NCBI GenBank assembly: GCA_000182565.2
Contig: KQ257455.1
Origin: Spizellomyces punctatus DAOM BR117
Lineage: Eukaryota
Reading direction: 5' to 3' (one strand)
Length of the DNA: 64,000 nucleotides
Of this stretch, positions 56,137-64,000 are shown piece by piece. A program made the position numbers and the translations under genes. Each line of letters opens with the position of its first letter. Within the stretch, counting starts at the first letter, position 1. The notes beneath the pieces are model-generated. The model was not told where the DNA came from. It did no database searches and saw only the letters and a list, made by a program, of their open reading frames with translations.

Positions 56137-59100
56137 ATGCCCCAACATCAGCAGCGTTCGGCACCTCCCTCCCTCGTCACCACACCACCTCTCTCTCCTT
56201 CTTCTCCACACTCGTCATCCTCATCGCGACATAAACAACATGCTTCCCGACAACAGTCCGTTGCTCTTGCCCATGACATTACATCCCTCCTACTCTCCCT
56301 TCAAGGACTGGCACAGAGATTGGATCCATATTGTTCGCCTGTCTTGCACTGGGTGACTTTTGTCCTGACGTGGCAAAATAACTATGTGTCCCTGTTATGT
56401 GGTATCGCGGTGGTTGTGTGCTGCTTAAAGTGGGAGTATACGGTGCATTTGCCGTTTCTGTTGGGGATCGGTGGGCTCGGGTTTGCCTACGCAAGGAGAT
56501 TGGGTAAGTAATACATACCTCTGAGCAAAACGTGTATTGTAGTGGGCAAGTAACGAGAGTAGAAAAAAGTTGGGAATGGAGAAGAGAGCCTGTTCACCAC
56601 AACATGGCACAACGGATTCAATCCATGATTTTGTTGACTATCTACTATGCAGTCCTATGCGACCTCTTGTCACTAAACAAACTTACCTTGTCGTTGTCAC
56701 TGTTCCAGGACGAGGAGTACGCAAGCGATTTACAAATCCACAACCACCCACTGTCCCTCATTTGATTCACTACCTCATATCCGTGACGTCCACATTACAT
56801 TCGTTTGTCGATACACTAGACTCCCTGAGTTCGCTTGTCACGTTTACCCGAAAGTCGGAACGGGCGTCGCTGGGCCTATTTCGCGCGGTAATAGTTTCTT
56901 ACGTCTTGTGGCTCATTGCTACCGCAATGGTTGGGGTTCGAGGCGTATCTACTGCTTGCGGACTCCTCATCATTGCCTGGGGAAGCGAGTTTGGTCAAGT
57001 TTTACGAGAAACTGTCGCAAAACGCTTAAGCGATGTGGCAATAAGCTTGGGTATGCATGTCGAATGGATAGATGAAGACGATGACGAGGAGGATGAAAGC
57101 GAGACAAAGCGACAGAGGAAAGATTCAGTGTCAAAGTTGGCTGCGGCGGCAGCAGCGGAAGAAGCGGAGATGCTTCGAAGAGGAAGCGATGTTGCTTCAA
57201 GACACATTCTTGGCATCAGACCAGCTCCGCCATCGAGACAAAAGGCACAAGTGACTGTTCAGACAGCGCCGGCACCTGGCGCAACCGCCAAAAAGCCAGC
57301 TACAAAGACGAAAAAATCAACAAAGCCTCGTAGTCCCGCTATTCCCGGCATACCTACCACCGCTATTCCTGCTATTCCAATTACTAGAATCGTCCCTGCC
57401 AATAACGTTACTAGAGTTGAAAGACCCACCACTGTGATTACAAAGGATGTTGTGCAGCAAGAAAAGTCCTTGCCTGAGGAAGCAGCAGATGCTGCAAAAG
57501 CAGTAGAGCCATCATCCGAGCCACGCATTCCTAGTGTCACAGAAGCACCTGCCACTTCTGAAGCCGACAGTGGCCGTCCGACCTCGACTGGCAGCTCAAC
57601 GTCATCCGAGTCTGGTCAGATTGGGAAAGACTCTCGGCCACGATCAGGATCGTCCACGGATTCCGATAACCATGCTACCCGTGTACGAAACCGCCTTGCT
57701 GAAGTGGTTGCTCGTTCAGCTACGCCGAATCAAACAAAGAGTGATACCCAAGGTCTGCCAGATTCGGCCGTTGATCTTGAAGGTTCACAGAACGAAAAAG
57801 GATTGTCCGAAGCGATCTCAAAAGATACAACGGAGACCATCACCAAAGAGGAACATGTTCCAGACGAATCGAACGTTTCGGTGGATTATCACCCTGATTG
57901 GACTTTTCCCGAAGACGAGACCGACGATTTTCGCAAAGAATTGGCGGGAAGTCTACTGCGGAACAGAAAGCCCACACCTTACCATTCTCCCGAGACTTCA
58001 GAAGATTACTTTGGTCCCAGTTCAAAAGACGCTGCCAATTCTGGCTCTGTGACGCTAACCGATTCCCTTCCCCGACGACGTGCCTCTTCCTTGTCCAACC
58101 CAACTATAGGATTCTTGAGCGATGCTGATCGCAGCCACGACACCGAGCCTGAATCCGGTTCGGACACTGAAAGCTTGGACAGCGTGCCTTATCTCCGGCG
58201 TCGTCGATCATGCGACAGTGACCTGACGATCGATGCGTTGGCTGATTTCTCTAACCCTCGACGCTCCTCATATATGAACACACCTCAACCCCCTTCACGG
58301 ACCTCATCTCGCACCCGCGCTCCCTCGAATGCCTCTACACTCTCATCCGATTCGCTCTCCAGTCGCGCACGAAGTGATTCTTCGTCGACTGCGTCTGGAA
58401 CGTTGAAGAGAGACTACACTGTCCCTGCAACGTTACTGACCGATGCTGATTACACCTCCCCCATCGGCCCAAACAGCCCAACCCTTTCCAATCATTCTTC
58501 TCGATCATCCTTCCGGGGTTCAAACCGTAAAGCTCTCAGCATGATTCTCAGTTTTGAAACCTATGAAAATCAGCGATGGTGGGTAGGCGTCGGATGGGTT
58601 CCCCATCTTCTGCCCACTGAACGCGGAGCATGGACAGACCATACCGGCACGAAACACCTCCCAAAAGCGAGCTTCGATCTCCCCGAATTCCGACGTGACC
58701 AACTAGCTCAAATGAACATCAAGATTGGTTCTGAAGATTCGGGGTCTGAATTTGGGTTGGACCTCGAGCACAAGCGGTATGCATGGGATTGGGATGGGCC
58801 TTGGCAAGTAGACATGTACGGCTCCACGACAGATGAAGATGGATGGGAATATGGAGATAATTTTTGGGGAGGCTGGAAGAACCGGAGAACCCTAAAGAGA
58901 GTCGTTAGACGACGACGCTGGGTTCGGTTGGCACGGCTATTTGAGTTAGGACGAAAACGAAGCGTTACATTTGGTACCAGTATCATTTTTGAGGAGCCTG
59001 TGTTAGATATTATTGGGGAAGAAGCACACGAGCATGCAGAGGGGAATGCGGATGACGAGGAGTGGGAAACTCGATCTCCGTCTTTTGACGAGGATGAAGA

Positions 59101-59323
59101 AATGTACGATGATCGCGATGATGCCCTCGTTCCTGGCGAGGGAGAGCAAGAGCGATCAAGGATGTGGCATGATATTGCGGGCGATATAGCTGGGGTAGAC
59201 AGTACGGAAAGAGTAGACGTGCCACCAAAGCGAGCTCGAGCCACTTCTGTCCCGTCACCGTCGACCTCTACCTTTGGTCGACATGAAACCGGTCGGATAA
59301 GAAGTGGGTCTGCAGGAATATAA
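56137..59323 (+). CDS. Pex24/Pex30-family integral peroxisomal/ER protein with dysferlin domain
   Basis: Exon 1 VTFVLTWQNNYVSLL; intron ~56505-56708; C-terminal YENQRWWVGVGW...WTD...WDWDGPWQVD...DGWEYGDNFW...VRRRRWVR. Confidence 0.82.
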
Positions 59324-60502
59324 ATTTTCTTTATAGATGCGGACCTTGGTCGTAGCTCTTAGCGACATGCAGAGTGTACGGGATATTGTATTGTTATATA
59401 GACAACTTGTATTTTTTGAAAAAAAATGATCTTTCTCGCTGATCGTCTCCGTGAAGTGTGGGATGGGTTTGCGTTTGTGTTATGGACAACAGCCAGAAGC
59501 ATTGAACCTCATCACATGATCAATGAACAATCACATAGGACACCCACCATCACTGTTACCTCTCGATTTCATTCTGCTGGAACGGTGGGCGGCGTATCCA
59601 TGGATGGACATCTTGTGGCTTTCCTGTTTGGCTGTATCGTTCATGACGGGTTTGTATAGAGATTATAACATGAGATATCCGTTAAGCCATAGCTGTAGGA
59701 ACCTTATGGAGCAAAACATGTACCTGGTAAGCCAAAGGGATTTGTTTACTTGGACTCGTGTGCTATGCAGTGTCCGCAAGGTCCTATCTACTAGGGTTTC
59801 TAGATTGCAAGACTTTCCAATTGTGAAGCGCGGAATTCCAAGTAAGCCACAAAGGCAAGAACACAATGCAAGACGACATTGCAATTATTTGAGTAGTAGG
59901 AAAGATCCGTAGCAAGAGTATCCTTTGCATTCTAAAAACCCAAATAAAATATAGAAAAGCAACACAATACAAAAAACTATGCCAAATAACCCAAAACATG
60001 CACAAGAAAGCGACGGGAAAAGATGGTCCTTTCAAAAGGACAGTTCACTTGAATGAAAACCGGCAACCATGCTGAATAGCATTGCCAGCGCGTCGGGTCT
60101 CAATCATCATTTGGCCTGGTCAATAGGGAACATTGCTTTCAGAACCCTGATATGCGCGCATAGCATCTTGTAGCGTGAACACAAGGGGAGGTCAGCAATA
60201 GTTCCTCGAGTTGCACTTTGCCGCCTCTCGTTTCTTTTTGGGCAGTGTTTTGACTCCCCCGCGTGATCAACAACAGGACGTAAGTATCAGGAAAGACTCT
60301 GCAGGAGGCTTTGTGGCGGGAGGGGGCGGAAATCCCTGGGCAGCTCTGGGAGTATAAGTAGCGGGGGGAGCATATGTATGTGTTCAAAACCTACTTTTGT
60401 TGTGTTTTATACATTTTGTAAAAATCCCTCTTGGTCTTTTATTTTCTTGTGGAGCAACATCTTTAAAACCCCTAAATAACAAATAAAAGCAATAGAGAGG
60501 CC

Positions 60503-61519
60503 ATGGGCTCACAACCATTTTGGTCATCCGTCCTTCGAGCAACGCGGTTGGGAAGCGCTTCTGTCGCAACGACGAAAAAGAAATCTTCGTCGCCTTCGAG
60601 TGCGTCACCTCTCGCATCGCCAGGGCTTGCTAGGGCGAGCGTACCTAAACCAGGTACAACATTGGATATCTCGGAGCCAGCGGGGGGACTGGCACCTTTA
60701 TCATCATTGGGTTTACATTCCGACATGAAAGCTGGTCATTTCATCGCTGGGTCAGAGTCTCCACTTCTCAATGCGTCCCCTCCTTTGGCGACATTATGCC
60801 ATCCCGAGTCTGATTCTGCCACACCGGAAACATTACCAGAATCCTTTAAACCAGCACTCCATCCCGCAGTCTCCAAACTGGTCGCTTTTGAAATGGATGG
60901 TGATCTATCCACCTTGAAAAAAGCGGGAACCCCGATAAAAAGGGACCCATTCTCAGACGACGACGGATCCTCCGACACGACAGCCACACTGGAAGCCCGC
61001 CAGAGCTCGGGCTCCATTCCCGGCTCCCGTCGTGGGAGCGTCGGTAGCTCGACAGGAACCCTCTCTCGCCGTCGTGTCTCCTTTGCACCCAGTCCCTCCA
61101 TGGTCGTCAGTTTCGATGCCCGCGACGCACCCGCAAAATGCATTGAAAAGCAAATGTCCCTCCTGGACGAATCCAACTCCAAGAACCAACCGCAAGGTGG
61201 GTTGGAAGGTGCCGATTTAACGGATGGCACATCTGTCATTGCACCCGCTGCAGATGAGTTGTCCGGTCCCGCCGCTACACTAGATATGTCCAAACAAGAA
61301 GAAGAGGACGCTAGAGTCGCCGCAAAGATTCGTGCAAAGCAGATGAGGCAGTTGGAGGCTGCCAGGAAAGGATCAATACATCAGCAACAATTGTCGCAGC
61401 AGCTGCAGCAGCACCAACGGCAAGAGGAAGACAGACAGAGACGGAGCTCGTGGGCGCGCGCTTTTACGGCGAATGCGCTGGCAATGGGAGGGGGAATGGG
61501 TCCCATTATTACATTGTAG
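60503..61519 (+). CDS. Hypothetical Ser-rich protein with an RVxF (RRRVSF) PP1-docking-like motif
   Basis: 338 aa intronless ORF, low complexity, Q-rich coiled C-terminus. Confidence 0.65.
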   Translation: MGSQPFWSSVLRATRLGSASVATTKKKSSSPSSASPLASPGLARASVPKPGTTLDISEPAGGLAPLSSLGLHSDMKAGHFIAGSESPLLNASPPLATLCHPESDSATPETLPESFKPALHPAVSKLVAFEMDGDLSTLKKAGTPIKRDPFSDDDGSSDTTATLEARQSSGSIPGSRRGSVGSSTGTLSRRRVSFAPSPSMVVSFDARDAPAKCIEKQMSLLDESNSKNQPQGGLEGADLTDGTSVIAPAADELSGPAATLDMSKQEEEDARVAAKIRAKQMRQLEAARKGSIHQQQLSQQLQQHQRQEEDRQRRSSWARAFTANALAMGGGMGPIITL

Positions 61520-62060
61520 AAAGATGTCAAGGCAGGAATTTTGTCCGGGCATTGAGATGGTGGATCAGAATCTAACGTTATGTAGATTTCGCGGACATGA
61601 AAGTCCCGCCGTTTTGTTTTCATTTGCTTGCATTTATTTCATTTCATTCGCTTTTTTATTGTGTTTTTGTTTTGGGATCATGCACGGTCTTAATGAAAAA
61701 AATTGTCATCGTACAGTATTGCAAGGGTTACTTTAGGCCAGAGCTACTCTAGGGCGAAAGGGAGTAGAAGGACGGAAAGAAGAAGAAAAAGGGCTAACTT
61801 ATTCGCGATAGCCATCAGAAACCCATCTAGCTAGTAAGAAAAAAAAAAAGAAAAGTGCGATTCTAATACTGTACTACACTATACTACAAATGGTGTCCAT
61901 AAAAACTCCCCCGCAGCCGTAACAAGACCAAAAGAACAGAAAACTACATGCAAAAGGTGCGACCACCAACTGGACCTCTCGGTGCCCTCTAAAGCTTGGC
62001 TCTAATTCTTTCACATAGATGAATGACATAAGAGGTCAACCTTTATCCCGACTGACGATA

Positions 62061-63028
62061 TCAATATCCATAATGGCGTGGTGGTTGATATCCGCTGTTA
62101 CTTCCTCCATAGTCGGATCCTGGGGGCGGAGGGTACGCAGCCGGACCAGGATACGCTGCATACCCACCATACTCTGATGGTGCAGCATGCGACTGGTATG
62201 TCGCATATGTGGCAGGCATGGTGTACTGGCCGCCGTAATCCGACCTGGCGCCATACTCTGTCGCTGCATAGGCAGTTGGAACAGGAGACGGTCCCCTTCC
62301 ATTAGTATGGTTGAGTTCCATGAGGAAATTTGAGCGAGGATCTTTCTCGCCACTCCCGCCAGCAGAAGTGGAGTTGATTGGCCGGGAGGATGCATTAGAA
62401 CTGAGCGTATTTCCGTACTCGCGGGTCATCATTCTCTTACGGAAATCACCAGACGGTGCCAGGGTTGCTTTACGGAAGACATAGATTCCAAGAACCGCAG
62501 CTCCAATGGCTCCGCCTACGATACCGATGGATAAGAGGGAAATCTTGGTTGTTGACGAACTCTTGGTCTCTGCGGTCTGAGCGCCAGCTGTAGCGGTTGC
62601 GACACTGGTCGCTGTGTCAGTCACGGCCAAGGTTGGAGTGGCCCTGGAACGGGTAATGATTTGGGTGACCGGCGGAAGAGACGTGACTGGGGTAGCAGAG
62701 GAGATGGGCACTGAAACTGAGGGGACAGAGGTCTGAATTGCGGAAGTCACAATGGAACTCGGAATCGGATCAGTGGTCGAAGAAACGGACGGGATCGTCG
62801 CTGGCGATGAAATCGTTGCCGTTGTTGTTGATGAAGAAGCCCCACGACCACCGCCAAAGATATCTGTTGAAAACAACTTGGTTCACACTTCCTGACCGTC
62901 GAGAGCAAAGATATGCGCAGATACCCACCAGTAAAGATATTTCCCAGCTGAGGGTCTGCCCTCACATGGACACTGCCCACCGACAAAACCAGGGCTACCC
63001 AAGCCAACAAAGCCATTCGTCGAGCCAT
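62061..63028 (-). CDS. Mid2/Wsc-like type I membrane protein (signal peptide, Ser/Thr-rich ectodomain, one TM, Tyr/Pro-rich tail)
   Basis: MARRMALLAWVALVLSVGSVHVRA signal, short intron, S/T-rich region, TM LLSIGIVGGAIGAAVLGIYVF followed by RK. Confidence 0.78.
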
Positions 63029-64000
63029 ACCGATAGCGGCTCGTTGTCGGAGTCGCAAGGACATGGAGCGCGTAGGCTAAACCAACAAGTGTGCAGGGCA
63101 AGCAAGCAAGATACACCCCCGTCGTAGTCAACCTTGTTTCTTCAAGAGTCTGTTCTTGTTCAAATCCCTAGTTCCGTTCAAGCAGATGGGAAAGCTGATG
63201 GCCGTGAAGCCCGTTGGGAAAAAAAAGAAGGTTAACCCTTATTCCTTCCGTTCCCTCCAACGTACTTTTAGTTGCCGCAAAAAACGCGAAATGGCCGTCA
63301 GGCTCCTCCCTTTTCTGGGAAGGAGGTAATATGGCACAGTCATGCTATAATTAAACGGCCATATGAAACCAATAGTTTCAGATTCGAATCATGTCACGTG
63401 GCTATAAGTCTGATTGGAATCAGATTGAATGGATTACACTGCCTCCCGTCTTGTCCAATGTTGGAACACTTGCACACTTGCGATGGAGGGATTTGGAACG
63501 TCTTGTGCGATAAAGGTGCTGCTGATGAGCTTTCGACCAAGAGCTTTGTGTCCATCAAGAGTAGGCATAAAACTGCAATATTCATACCCTCCAGCGCACG
63601 ATTTGGCCCATGTAATTGAAACGATAATCATGTTTTGAAATGCCAACATCCAAGTAAATGTTACGCCTCAAGATATATATTCATCAAATCATCTAGTTAC
63701 TTTGATACATCCTGGCAACTATTTCACTAATGACATTGTCCCATATCCTTCGTGGTCCCTACATGTATCCTGCAATCGCTGCCCTAATCCTCACCCACCA
63801 CCGGCTGAACCTGATCGAAAGTGTCCGGCGGGGCTTTGATGACCGAGGGGTGTCTTGTCTATCATGTTGCGGCGGAATGGTTCCTCATCGTAGTCAACGA
63901 CATGTTATTCGTACCTTAATGCTGCTAGGTCCTGTGGAGACGCTGTGCGATGCTGTGTGAGAAGAACTCTGGTTTGAACGGCTGGCATTAAGGCAGTAGT

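Overview
Eukaryotic, intron-containing fungal-type DNA, most likely from a flagellated early-diverging fungus (chytrid-like), since a CFAP74-like axonemal gene sits at the left end. Ordinary genes occupy 1-8.5 kb and 39-64 kb (F-box, double-SCP2, LCL3, C2H2 factor, ECM4-type GST, Aven-like, OLE1, Pex24/dysferlin-like peroxin, Mid2-like, two related multi-pass membrane proteins). Between them is a ~28 kb gene-free, CpG-depleted nest of LTR retrotransposons (~9.7-37.5 kb) whose insertion order can be partly rebuilt from target-site duplications (TSDs); it is a candidate centromeric/heterochromatic block. The most unusual contents are: (i) a Copia-order element (PR-INT-RT-RH, Copia PBS) with a Ty3/Gypsy-type Gag and a chromodomain between integrase and RT; (ii) a Gypsy chromovirus whose single gag-pol frame carries a degenerate DIRS-type adenine-methyltransferase-like domain before the protease and an extra ~260 aa region after the chromodomain; (iii) element decay almost entirely by CpG transitions. 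Two 100-120 N gaps are flanked by duplicated sequence that looks like assembly overlap. All family calls are by eye from motifs; no database search was run.
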